Shown piece by piece: positions 26,908-41,437 of a stretch of DNA of 64,000 bases. Every line of letters starts with the position of its first letter. Within the stretch, counting starts at the first letter, position 1. The stretch spans positions 2,046,001 to 2,110,000 of the forward strand of contig OZ024762.1 in the NCBI GenBank assembly GCA_964016885.1. The letters are read 5' to 3'. The position numbers were made by a program, and so were the translations under genes. A model generated the notes under the pieces. The model made no database searches. It was not told where the DNA came from and saw nothing but the letters and a program-made list of their open reading frames with translations. The DNA comes from Eledone cirrhosa. Lineage: Eukaryota.

Positions 26908-27147
26908 CATGGAACTCCTTTAACCATCTTTTGATCTTATATATTATGTATACTCCAGTCCTACAAACTGTAGAGTGCTTCTTATCCGATATCTGCATTG
27001 CTTTATTGTACTACAATAAAACTCACCTCCTACATTATATATATATATATATATATACACACACATTTCGACGGCTAATTCTGGACTAAATTTAGTCCAG
27101 AATTAGCCGTCGAAACGGCTTGAGCTCAGCCGTCGGGGTCCTACTCG

Positions 27148-27195
<48 letters not shown>

Positions 27196-27313
27196 TATAT
27201 ATAAACGTTTGTAGTTGTAAGGCCAAGACAATGCAGGTGTGGATATAGAATATAAATGCAAATGCAAAAGATATTGTTGACAATTAGTCTTTTACCTTAA
27301 ATTTATTTAAATA

Positions 27314-27350
27314 TCCTTAATTTTCGAGATAATATCTCTTCTTCGGAGGG
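27314..27350 (-). ncRNA. degenerate minimal hammerhead motif
   Basis: Minus strand CCCT-CCGAAGA-A-GAGAT(ATT)ATCTC-GAAAATTA-AGGA; core U to C change. Confidence 0.4.
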
Positions 27351-27446
27351 AAGTAAAGTGGTTAATCCAGTGTTCTAATAAGCTTGCCAAGTCATGCTGA
27401 CAGGAAATGGTATAGAGATTCCATTCTCTCTCTCTCTCTCTCTCTC

Positions 27447-28537
<1,091 letters not shown>

Positions 28538-28928
28538 TATATATAGGAAAATGTTCAAGACACCGAGGGCAGAGCTGAAGTTCCGACGGCTATTTCTGGA
28601 CTAAATTAGATTTTTAGCTTGGTAGTATATAGCCGAACTTTACAAGGGGTAATTCCTTATATGGGCGTGCGATAATGATACATTTCTGAAGTTGTAGTTG
28701 TCAAAAGGATTGGTCAAGATATTTTGTAAACACAATTAAATCTTTCATGGTGGGGAGGGGGAGGGGGTAGCTAAACTTGACTGTAGAACAATGAGGGAGT
28801 GGGAGGAGCCGGTCAAGCGTTGAAAGTGAATTCTATACAGCAAATTCTAAGGAGGTGGAAAGGGGAAACAATTGTTCTCGGTATAGTGAACTAACTGTTG
28901 TGTTACTACTTCTACCAAACTCGTACCA

Positions 28929-28959
<31 letters not shown>

Positions 28960-29063
28960 TTATTAAAAGAGAGAGAGAGAGACGATACAATTTTAACTGC
29001 AACAACAATAGCAACAACTTTGAAGCGAAATACGGGTGGCCATGAGGAAGAATAATTTACACC

Positions 29064-29106
<43 letters not shown>

Positions 29107-30224
29107 AATGAATGGTAAAGAAGTTGACCTCTCCGGGAATTTTAACTCAGAACGCCAGAGAGCCGGAAACGAATACAGTAAAGCATTCTATCCGGCGTTT
29201 CTAACGCCGGATTTCTTTTTACAATATGGTGGTGAACTTAAGAGATTCGCCGCCTACGTTTCTTTACCATATAAGGCGATAAAACGCTGTGCTGGAACAC
29301 GATTCAACGACATCTTGTATTGTATCTAAAAAGTTTAAACATTTTTTCATAGAATTCAGAATTACGTGATTTATTATACAGAAGAGTTCGTCTACCTGAT
29401 TGTCAGCTTGTCTTGTGATTGGTCATCGCCTGTCACGAACATGTCTTGTGATTGGTCATCGCCTGTCACGAACATATCGCTAATTTACAAAAGAACTTTC
29501 TAGAATTTATTCAGTTAAAAACATAAAAATAAATAAATAAATTACTTTATAGAAATGAATATACGTTTATTGAAAAACTAACAATGATAAGATGGAGTAG
29601 AAGTTTAAAACCAGGGAGAAGAGAAGAGAGGGGGGGGGGGGGCGCAAAACAGATAATCGTTGAGGTCACAGAATGTGTGACGAAAGAACTTTAAAAAAAG
29701 CAAATGAATAACGAACAATAAAGATAAAGTGAAAATTGTATGGTGCGTGAGTATCTGTTGGTGATATTGGCAACATGACCATCTACAAATATAACAATAT
29801 CGGGTTCAACACCGCCATAATAATAATTGTTTCTACGTTAGGCACAAGGCCAGCAATTACCCAGTGCATTACTGGTACTTTATTTTATCGACCCCGTAAG
29901 GATGAAAGGCAAAGTTAACCTTGGCGGGATTTGAACTCAGAAAGGCAAGGGTCGTAACTCTATACGTCAAAGCATGGCGTCCGACCCTCTACCAATACTA
30001 CCAATCCACCGCCATAATAATAATGATAATAATAATTGTTTCTACTTTTGGCACAAGGCCAGCAATTATCTCAGTGCATTACTGGTACTTTATTTTATCG
30101 ACCCTGTAAGGATGAAAGGCAAAGTTAACCTTGGCGGGATTGGAACTCATAACGTAAAGGGCCGTAACTCTATGCCGCGAAGCATGTTGTCCGACGCTCT
30201 ATCGATACTGCCAATCCACCATCC

Positions 30225-32030
30225 CAAGTAATTTCTAACTTGCTGAAATACATGTCTATATGGAATACAAATCTATCATCGTCACAGAGAGATGGAACTA
30301 TAAATTCCAGCAGCAGAAGTATCAGCTGTGGTATTTTTTTTAAAGGTGATTCGTTTTCTCCTCTGATATTTTACATTGCTCTCACGCAGCTGTTTCTAAG
30401 CTCAATAAAACAAAATATGGCTACAAATTTGATAGCAAAACCATAAATCATCGTTTTATATAGATGACTTGAAACTGTATGCCAAAAAAAAAAAAAAAAT
30501 GACAGGGAATTGGAAGGACTGTTGAAGACAGTTTAAGGTGTTTAACGATGATGTAGGGATGGAGTTTGGTTTGGAAAAATACACAAGAGCAATATTCAAG
30601 GAAGACAGAATGACAAGCACAAACTCAATTGAAATAAATGTGAATTCAATAATTAAGGAACCTGAACAGGAACAAACCTACAGATATCTAGGGATCAATG
30701 AAGGCCAAGGTATTCACTACACCAGCATGAAAAAAAAAATCAGGAAGAAATGCTACGGAAGAATACGTGGTGTTTTGAAAACTGAGCTAAACTAAAATAA
30801 TAAAATATTTGTCATAAATGCGCCTCTAATTCAAGTTGTTACCTATTGTTTCGATATCATAAATTGGAATGTTAATGAAATAAAGAAAATAGACACCAAA
30901 ATCAGGCAACATCTGACCTGTAGTAAAATACATCACCTAAAAGCAGATATTGCTTTGGCCCCACTTGGTCACGAATGACCATAGTTTTTCACCTAGAAAG
31001 TTTCCCTCCGAGAAACAAGCCTGGGCAGTTTGTTTTGTGGAAGGCCAGTAGTCGCCCATCCATACCAGTCTCCCCTCTCCACGCCACTGATGTTGTCCAA
31101 GGTAAAGGCACTGACCGATACAGCTTGACACCAGTGACGTCGCAACTCATTTCTACAGCTGAGTAAACTGGAGTAACGTGAAATAAAGTGTCTTGCTCAA
31201 AAACACAACGCATCACCCGATCCGAGAATCGAACTCACAACCTCTCATTTGCAAGTTCAATGCTCATAAAAGCAGATATGGATCGCCGCTATCTCCCTAG
31301 ACAAATCGGAGGTAGCGGAATGATCCAGCATGAGCTGTCATGTAAAATATCAACCATTGGACTCAAACAATACTTTAAAATTATAGATGTTTGGTTGGTG
31401 AAAATAGTTGCAGATCACGAAAGGAAGAGGTTACATTTAGTCAGAAAGGAAAGTAGGAAGTTTGGGGACGATTTGGGAATACATTTTGAAAATGATGGCA
31501 ATTCTGCAATTAAAATTGCAAAAAAAACCCATCAAATATTGGCAAAACATGAAGGTCAACAGAAACTGTGCACTAAATGGGAACAAAAACCACCGCATGA
31601 GCAGTATATTCTCTGTATCAAAGAACCTGATGTAAACAGTGTCTGCGGAGTTCTGGACTAAAAGCAGAGATTGAGGGTTTTATTTGGGCTGCACAAGACC
31701 AGTGTCTTCCAAGGCTATTTTATCAGAAATGGAACTGACCGAAAGTGTCAATTCTGCGATGAACAAATTGAAACCATTGACCACCTGTTTTCAAGCTGTG
31801 AAGGAAGTATTAACTCCCCAGGAATATAAAACTAAGTATGAAATATTAGGACAATATTTACACTGGGTATTATGCAGGTTTTATAGTATAAAAACATAGG
31901 GGAAATGGTACAACCATCACCCAGATGCCGTAACAGGAGGCGAGAATGGGATTTCCTTGTAAACACCAACAGTACGATCGAAGCCAACAGACCTGATATA
32001 ATTATGTAGGACCATAAAAAAGGTAAGAAA
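30225..32030 (+). mobile_element. decayed R4/Dong-like non-LTR retrotransposon
   Basis: GIFFKGDSFSPL, YIDDLK, GMEFGLEK, YRYLG, YLPRQIGGSG, remnants of a C-x2-C...H...C knuckle and RPD; many stops and frameshifts. Confidence 0.85.
30951..31266 (-). mobile_element. SINE with family-2 head inserted into a LINE, 13-bp TSD
   Basis: TAAAAGCAGATAT at 30938-30950 and 31267-31279; B box GAGTTCGATTC on minus strand. Confidence 0.88.
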
Positions 32031-32103
32031 ATACAGGGTCGGCCAAAAGTCACTTCCTATGAAAAAAAATTCATAATTAAAAAAAAAACTAAAATATTAA
32101 TTT

Positions 32104-32149
<46 letters not shown>

Positions 32150-32439
32150 GGTGGTGGTGGTGGTGGTAATAGTAGTGGCGGTAGTAGTGGTTTCTGATTT
32201 AGGCAAAAGGCTAGCAATGTTTTGGGGGTGGGGGAGTCGATTTAATCGACCCAGTACATTACTGGTACTTTATTTTATCGATCCCATTAAGGATGAACGG
32301 CAAAGCTAACCTATGCGGGATTTGAACTCAGAACGCAAAGGGCCATAACTCTATGTCACAAAGCAAGGTGTCCGACACTCTACTGATTCTACTGCCAATC
32401 AAATGGATTTTAATAGTCATAAAAATCCCTCGTCTTTGT

Positions 32440-33486
32440 GTGATAGATATATTTCTTTATTAGCCACAAGGGCGCACAAGAAAAGGGGACAAAACAAAGA
32501 TATGCCGGGAATTTTACATACAATCGTGTAAAAAAATATAAAACAAACAATTATAACAATCGAAATCCCCAATAGGGGGGAGGCGCCACAAATGGGTTGT
32601 TTAATACCCCGTCGATAGAACAACCCTCAACTTCAGGAGCGTGTTGTGCAAGTGCTTCTTTCTTCCTTTTGCTCTCTTCTTCAACCTACAGGCTTATATA
32701 CAGAGAAGGCCCAATCACTTGGGCCATTTTTGCCACATTCACCCACCTTTCAGTAAATTTACTGGGGTGCAGTGCCTCTCTCTCCACTCTGATTCTCCTT
32801 CTAAAGTGATACTTAAAAAAGGGAATCAATTGTTGTCTGGAGAGAAAGGCATCTGTCCTCAGTCCTCTCAATCTCGTCCACCATATAACCTTTTTCACCA
32901 TAGCCACTGTACAGAGGAAAACCGCCTCTCTTTCGTTTTTGAAAGAGGCTGGCGGTTTGATCCTTACTATGGACTCGGGAGTCAACTGTATTTGTCCCAT
33001 ACGCGACAGCAGTTGTTCTGCATAGTTCCACAGCTCGCTTACGTCCGGGCAGTACAATTGCGTGCAGGACGGTTTCAATGTCTTGCTCGCATCTTGGACA
33101 CGTCCTCTTGGAAGGATCCCTGCCGGGGCGTCCGTGCCTGTAGATATTGTCACGAACGGGTAGAGCTCCTCGATAGCACTGCCAGGCCAGGGACCTCTGG
33201 AAGTTGTCCATAGGTCCCGGGCGGAAAGTCCTACCGAACAGACTGGTGAGCTCGTCGTCTTCGACGCCCAGAGTCTTGTAAAGTACTAACCCTCTATAGA
33301 ATGTCGAAGTGGAGTCTCCACTGATTGCTGTGCCCGCTTGACAGAGGACTGTGAGCGCCTGGGCGCATTCAATGTGCCAGGCGCCCATCTTCTTCGGTCT
33401 TCGCTTGACCCAGGACTGCAGCTCCGTCAGCGAGACAAGTTGTGGGAAGGCCTGTCTCACAAACGGTGCCCACACCGGTTTGAGTG
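32440..33486 (-). mobile_element. 3' portion of an L1/Tx1-like LINE
   Basis: LAWQCYRGALPVRD...TCPRCEQDIETVLHA zinc-knuckle region; 3' end GTGGCTAATAAAGAAATATATCTATC. Related 3' ends at ~30-80, 35230-35310, 48520-48575, 55640-55830. Confidence 0.8.
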
Positions 33487-33488
33487 AT

Positions 33489-33521
<33 letters not shown>

Positions 33522-33557
33522 GTGATAGAGATAGATAGATAGCTACAGAAAGAGAGA

Positions 33558-33662
<105 letters not shown>

Positions 33663-34195
33663 TGTTTAAACTTTTCTACTGAAAATATAATAAATTGTTC
33701 TTATTTCCGTCAGAAGAATTATAGATTTCCCCTACATAGATTTCCAATAATATTACGAACCAATTTTAGGGATGTTTGAAGAAATAGCAGCCAAACCTCC
33801 ACGATTTGTATCCCACTACACCAGAGGTTCTCAAACCTTTTGGGCCTCCGCCCGTCCCCCCTCACCACCACCTAATACCCTCAGCGCCCCGCCTCCATCC
33901 CTATTTCCAGAAAGACCTGCCTACACACAAATTGTAAATAATACATCTATCTATATATTACTAAAACTCTGTGATTGCTTGCTTGCTTGTCTGTAATGTA
34001 ATACGGCCAAAAGGACGCATAATGGGAAACTACTTTGAAAGGAAGTTGCCCCTGAAATGGGAATAAAACAAGTTTCGCGTAAATCGAATCACTGGTTCCC
34101 GAGATACGGGTTTTTTCCGGGTAACTTCATAAACAGAGAGAGTAGATTGAAAGAGAGACAGAGAGAGAGAGAAAGGTGGAGGTGTTGTGTCTGTT

Positions 34196-34284
<89 letters not shown>

Positions 34285-35049
34285 GCCTTCCAGTTTCATT
34301 TCACATTATATACATGTCTGTGTATATTTTAATTATTTAAAAATTATTTTTTAGTGAACATGATTTTTAAAAAATAGTTTGAATTGAATGTGACAACAGA
34401 TAACGTTCCCCCTCGACAGATAACGTTCTCCCTCGGACCCCCCCCCCCCCCAGTTGATGGATGTGAATCCGAAATATAGGGACAATTAAATCTCTCCCAA
34501 GGTAACTCTATCTCGTATTACTATTTTTATTTTTTACGCTCTTTCCTACGTTCCTCTACACACTATACATCTCATTCTACACTCCCTTACACCTCTCTCT
34601 TCACCATCGGATTCTGTTACCCGGAGATTTACCCATCTGCATTGTTGAGGCTTCCAAAACGCCCCCCCCCAAAAAAAAAATATATATATATCATCATCAT
34701 CATCATCATCATCATCATCGTTTAACGTCCATGTTCCACGCTTGCATGGGTTTGGACGGGAATTTTCCCACTTGAGGCAAGAGTGGTTGTCTTGCTCGCA
34801 GAGGACTGTCTGGCGGGTTTTCTACAGCTGGATGCCCTTCCTAACACCAACCACATTTACATATATGTATATATATATATATACATATTGTAAAATGTGT
34901 GAGATCCTTGGTACAGTTAGGTTTATTTGAAAAAAAGGAAAAGAATAACTTCACTTGTAGTCTTAAATAATTTGATTTAATTTTATAATATTATAATATT
35001 ATAAAATTAAATCAAATTATTTAACACTACAAGTGAAGTCATTCTTTTC

Positions 35050-35108
<59 letters not shown>

Positions 35109-36224
35109 ATTTGATATACTATTATATCATCTCTACCACTCCTTTGGGCTCCAGTGCCCGCCGGGACCTTCTCATCGCACCTCCCTCCGGGCGGGGGGGG
35201 GGGGGGGGGGGGGGGGGGGGGCTCCACTTTGAGAACTTTTGCACTATACAAAAGAACAAGAACAAATAAATAAATAAATATGGCTACAAGAGCACACACG
35301 ATAGCGTAGTCCAAGATAGACGTTGTCGCACAATTTTTTTTTAATGATTTAAATAGTAATGGTGTGAGTGTCATAGATTATAGATTTCTTCTTCTTCTTC
35401 TTCTTCTTCTTCTTCTTCTTCTTCTTCTTCTTTACCCCCTCCCCCTCCAACTCCCCCTTCTTCTTCTTCTTCTTCTTCTTCTTTGCCCCCCCCCCTCCAA
35501 CTCTCCCTTCTTCTTCTTCTTCTTCTTCTTCTTCTTCTTCTTCTTCTTCTTCTCCTTCTCCCTAAGAGAGAGTCCTCAAGCCCCCCCCCCCAGCAGGCCA
35601 TGTCAGAAGCAACCGTCTCCAACAGATCTGGCTGGACCCCCCACCGAGCGAGACCAGCTAAGTCCATGGATGTTATCCAACCATCTTGCTCAGGAAAGGA
35701 AGGGGGGGGGGTCTATGCCTCGGCCTCCTACCAGTTGGTTTTTCAACATTTTTTATAAAATGATAAAATGGTAATGGCGTGAGTGTCATTGATTATAAAC
35801 TGCGTTCGTCGATCTGTTATCGATAAATTATCGATAAAAAACAAAATAATACAGGAAAAATACATACGATAGTATAGTCCAAGGTAAACCTTGTCACCTC
35901 CAAATTTAAAATAAAACTGATAAGAGGGTAATGATGAAAATGTCATTGATTATCGAATTTCCTATCGATCAGGGCTACAGAAAGAATAAAGATTTTTTTC
36001 ATTGATCAGGGCTGAGCAAGGGGTGGGAGGACGGTAAACAACGAGTGAGATATAGATTTATTTATTGAAATTAATTGATCTCTGTAATTGAAAAGAATCG
36101 ATCCGTTGATCGATCGGGATGATTGATTTGTATTGAGCCTTACTTTGTGTTATTAAAAGAAACAATATTCCAAATTTAGTTTATAGCTTAGTAAAAATGA
36201 AGGATTTATTTTTGGCAATGGCCG

Positions 36225-36525
36225 CAACATCGTCTGCAAAGTTAAGGTAACAGATCTTCTATTCCTTCAGCCAGTCAACCTTTTACCTTCTGTTGCCCTT
36301 TTGAGAATACAGTCGATTGCCAAAGTAAAGAGAATCGGAGACAGCAGGCATCATTGGCGGACTCCTGGGATTACCTCAAACCACTCACTATAGCCGATGG
36401 CTAAAACAAAGAGAATCGGAGACAATGGGCAACCTTGGCGGACTCCTGCGATGATTTCAAGCCCTTCACTATAGCTGATGACCAAAGCAAAGAAAACGGA
36501 GACAGCGGGCATCCTTGGTGGATTC
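36225..36525 (-). mobile_element. RTE RT fragment with reiterated QG motif
   Basis: GVRQGCPLSPILFVLAI repeated, followed by FADDVA. Confidence 0.7.
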
Positions 36526-37399
36526 CTGTATTGATAGGTGTAACTGACCGTGGTCATTGGAGCACTTTGGCTGCCTCATGTGTCTTAAGACATGGGATGT
36601 ATTGATAGATGTAACTGACCGTGGTCATTGGAATACTTTGGCTGCCTTCTCAAGACATGGGATGTATTGATAGATGTAACTGACCGTGGTGGTCATTGGA
36701 GCACTTTGGCTGCCTCATGTGTCTCAAGACCCGGAAGCTTCTTAGTAAAAATGAAGGCCAGTGCTCCTTGGCCCGTTAACCGTTTTCCAGGTACTTTTGG
36801 GCTGGTATTGACAGTGAAGGACGAAGGTAACTTCAAGCCAAAGATCTACCCTAAATATTTTGCCATAATATCTTCATATTTGATAATTTTGTAAGTAAAA
36901 GTGACAAATTTCATAAAATGGTGAGTATTTTTATTTCAGAGAAGTAGTTTAGTGGTCAAGTCCTAGGCCTAGAGCCCATCACCCTCTCCCCAAACCGCCC
37001 AGCCCTAGACCCAGAGCCCATCACCCTCTCCCCAAACACCACCCCGTCCGACGCCCAGAGCCCATCACCCTCTCATATTTATGTAATTATCAATGGTTTT
37101 AAGCCAACTTTGTGAGTTTTAATTTGAATAAAATTTCTGTTTTCATCTTTAATAAAATACTGATCTTAATAAAAAGATCTACAAAATTCATTTTGGTTTC
37201 GTTTTCAGAAATATAAGGAAATGTGAGGGAAGTAACTCCGAGCTATTATTGAAACCATTTTGTTGTGAGTTAATAATTTCGGGGTTCCTCTGAAGGGTCT
37301 TTGGAGTAACGTTACTTGATAGAGTGTATAGCTCAGAGATCAGAGAGTCACTCCAGGTAGAGCTGATACTTTTCCGAATTGAGAGATCACAGCTCTGAC

Positions 37400-37650
37400 A
37401 CTATGGACATATCGCTGGACAGATTTTATGGGCAAAACCAACTGGAAAGAGACTCAGGGGTAGACCCTGAGCAAGATGGTTGGATAACATCTATGAGCTT
37501 GGCTGGTCTCGCTTGGGGGATCCAGCTGGATCAGTTGGAGGCGGTTATTTCTGACAGGACCCACTGGAAGGAGTGTTTGAGGACTCTGTCTCCGCGACCC
37601 TCTCAAGAATAAGTGGACGAAGAAGAAGAAGAATGAGAAAAAGAAGAAGA
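37400..37650 (+). mobile_element. RTE-like 3' end with (GAA)n tail; minus copies at 3003-3190 and 35508-35745
   Basis: Shared AAGATGGTTGGATAACATC.ATG..CTT.GCTGGTCTC core, each ending in a GAA/TTC tract. Confidence 0.7.
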
Positions 37651-38497
37651 CATGAAAACCATAGGCAGTGTCTTTTATAAGGAATATATCAGATATTAAA
37701 CAATGGTGGCTGTGGTGGTGGTGGTGGTAGTGAAAATGGTGGTCATAATAGTTTTGTAATAATGAATTCTATGTAAGAAAATAAAAAAAAATGATGGTTA
37801 TCTCTCGCATAATAACGGGTTCTCTCGTGATTTGGTGGTGCAGGACTTTTGCGCCACCTTTGTATAGTATATCTACAAACAATACTACTCGGAATAAGAG
37901 AATTTCTAATAGGAAGATCGATAAGACAGCTACGACTTGAGAAGCTTGGAGTAAGCTATTCCAAATAACTATGTAGATATCGTGTTATAATACACAGCAA
38001 GATGGGAGGGGGGGGGGGGGGTCGTTGTGGTGGTGGTGATGATGATGATGATGGTGGTAGTGGTTTGGTAATGATGGTGGTGGTGGTGGTGATGATGATG
38101 ATGATGATGATGGTGGTGATGAAGATGATGATGATGAAGAAGAAGAAAAAGGAGAGAATTCGACAGTAGGCAGACTGCAGAAGGATACTGGGGTGTGAAT
38201 GGATTGGAAAATAAAGTCATGCTGGAATTAAGAATGTGTAAAAGAAGCGATTCTCACATTCAAGCAAAAATAAATTGTTTCTTCTCGACCATCATAGCAA
38301 ATGTTAGCTGCTAATACTGTTGGTAAAAATGGCGGACGGTGGTTTTATTTTCTGGCAGGTTTTTGTTGTTGATGTTGTTGTTGCTTTTTTACCATTCGTT
38401 CCCCTTCACCCTCTTCTCCTTCTCCTCCTTCTTCTCTTTCTCCCTAACAAACAAGTGAACTCGGGAGATATTTTCTGGAAAGACTAAAGCCCTGTAT

Positions 38498-38548
<51 letters not shown>

Positions 38549-38552
38549 TATA

Positions 38553-38622
<70 letters not shown>

Positions 38623-38695
38623 TATATGTATATATATATATATATATGTATATATATGTATATATATGTATATATATATAAATATATATATATAT

Positions 38696-38768
<73 letters not shown>

Positions 38769-39132
38769 GTGGGTAATATTAAATATTATCCAATTAAATC
38801 TGTGTAGCTTCGCTAAACAATATTCTGAAAACATTTTTAATGTTGATCAAAATTTTTGAATCCACAAATTGTTCTCCTCTCACGACTTGAACCACCTATT
38901 TTTAAGTAAAATACAAAATCAACATCCTTCGTAACTCATATTTGATATATAAACAATTAATAATTGTAAATTATTTCTATTTCTATAATACTAATACATA
39001 CGCAATTATTACACACACCTAACTATACTTCTTGATAGATTTTTATATATTTCAATTTCTATTTCATTTATCTATATCTTTTTTTGATTTTCTTGATGTG
39101 TTTTTCTAAGTATTTGCCCATGTTTTATATTG

Positions 39133-39202
39133 CCTCGTCTGACGAACGAATGAAGTCGTTTATTTCGTATTCGCCTCATTCGGGAAACCTCTGGTAATGA
39201 GG
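39133..39202 (+). ncRNA. type-I hammerhead ribozyme motif
   Basis: CCTCGT-CTGACGA-ACGAATGA...TCATTCGG-GAA-ACC(TCT)GGT-A-ATGAGG; GUA triplet, first stem II pair mismatched. Confidence 0.72.
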
Positions 39203-39692
39203 TAATTATATTGTATTAATTTTTATACATTAAATTTTGCTCTGATACTTACATAGAGCACTCTTCATTTCTATGACCTTTTCTGTTTCCAACGGAAATT
39301 TCAATACTTATAGAGATTTATATATAACCTATCGTAATGTAATAAGATAAAAATATTTACAACCATAATTCTTCATATAATCTAATTGATTATATATACA
39401 ATATTATAACTCATAATATAGGTAAATAAATCCCCCCCCCCCAATTAACGTAAATGCTAGCTCTTCTTCCTTTCTCTTTCCTACGCATACAATAACTTAT
39501 AGTTATTTAAATTTTCCATAGCGTCTAAAATAACGTTTTTTCATCCCTTTTACCTAAACCTCATTTGCATACTCATCTTAATAATTTGAAATATCTGACT
39601 TTTCTTCTCTTATCCCTTCACTATCCAGGGATAACTTGAACCGTTAAGGTATATTCCCCTTGGTTATGTCAAAATTTATAAAACACACTTCG

Positions 39693-39753
39693 TATTTTAT
39701 CTGATGGTAGCGTACCAACATTTTGGTACCCTTGAAATATATATAATAGAATA
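39693..39753 (+). ncRNA. degenerate hammerhead motif (family of 17714-17773)
   Basis: TATTTTAT-CTGATGG-TAGCGTACCAA...TTGGTACCCTT-GAA-ATATATAT-A-ATAGAATA; core A to G change. Confidence 0.5.
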
Positions 39754-40512
39754 AATATGGTTTTATAAATATAGTTTCCATTTATTTAATATCATTGTAT
39801 ATATATATATTAAATTAATAAAAAAAAATGAAATAAACACAAAGAACAAGTTCTTTATATTAAAATATTCATCATTTTACGATCGTTTCTGGGATGTATA
39901 TGTGTGTTGGTATGTATATCATATAGATCTGTGTTTATTTCATTGTTTTTATTAATTTATCTTGACTCTGTTTTCCTATGATTTTTATCGTAAATTTTTG
40001 AATATATCTTCTCTTTTCATGATATCTTCTATATTTGGATTACATTGAGTACTTCATACGGATTGGACACTACCGTATATTTTGGTAGACTTATCTATCT
40101 ATCTCTCTCTCTCTATATATATATATATGAAGAATTATGGTTGTACATATTATGGTTGTATATATATATATATATATCTTGCAGCCATATTTCTACAATT
40201 TCACATATCCCTCTTACTATCGTGTGTGTATTCATTTTGTTTTTAAAAAATCAAAAAATTAAACATCAGTTTATCAGCTGTATTGTATTTAGATATAAGA
40301 TCAAATAAAATCTCGTTTAATATCGCATATCTCGTGATATAAAAGAATATGACGGTGACTTGGCGGAGTCGTTAGAACGTCGGATAGAATTTTCGTTCTG
40401 GATTTGCCTTTCATCCTTTCGAAGTCGATAAAAAAAATACCAGTCCAGTACTGGGGTCGGTTCTTCCTCTATATCTCTTTCTCGTTTCCTCTCTCCCTGT
40501 CACTTTATGTCA

Positions 40513-40556
<44 letters not shown>

Positions 40557-41437
40557 AGTACCAGTATTACCTAGGGTTGATTCTTCCTCTATATCTCTTT
40601 CTCATTTCCTCTCTCCCTCTCATTTTCTATCTTTCTCTGCAAGAAATCTGCTCTACTCAGGCCTGGAGAGGGAAGGGTTCCACCAGGTCAGGCCTGGAGA
40701 GGGAAGGGCTCCGCCAGGTTTAAATGCTCAAGAAACGCCCTATGTCAATACGGCGCCCCTACGACTCTATCTGGAGTTACAAGACTATATATACATACAT
40801 GATGATGGCTGTCCCCTCGTTATCGAGTATGACCATTGCACGATATAACATTATTAATAATTATCAATTAATGCTATAGTGCATTGCCTCTGTGCGTGAA
40901 GATTGTTGTTAAAGTGAGGAAAGACTGTGCACTGAGCCAATCCCACTCTCTGAGCGACAGCAGCTAGAAAAGATCAACATCATCGGTAACTACCGAGCCG
41001 CAGGTTTTATAACGGAGTTATCCCAGTTTCCTGAGTTGCCTTCTCCTAGAAGAATGCCCCGACAAAGGCTAGGGGTCCTTCACTCCCAGTGGTTTAACCA
41101 CGTGATCGGGTATCCAGCCTGTTTATTTCTATGTTCCCCCGCATATACATACACATGCACACACATATATACATATACATACACATGCACACACATATAT
41201 ACATATACATACATATGTACATGTGTATATACATATTTACACATTTTTGGATGACCGTTGACTTTTATGAGTTCTCCCGCCCTTTGTCAGGTTTTGATTT
41301 TGTCCTGCAGGGTGTCCAAAGTCACTGACGACCCGACCATACGACAAGTTGTATTGGGTTAATGTTTCATACATACATACATACATACATACATACATAC
41401 ATACATACATACATACATACATACATACATACATACA

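Larger units (their letters stand above)
26617..26947. repeat. perfect 158-bp inverted repeat with 15-nt spacer
   Basis: 26617-26774 is the reverse complement of 26790-26947. Confidence 0.95.
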
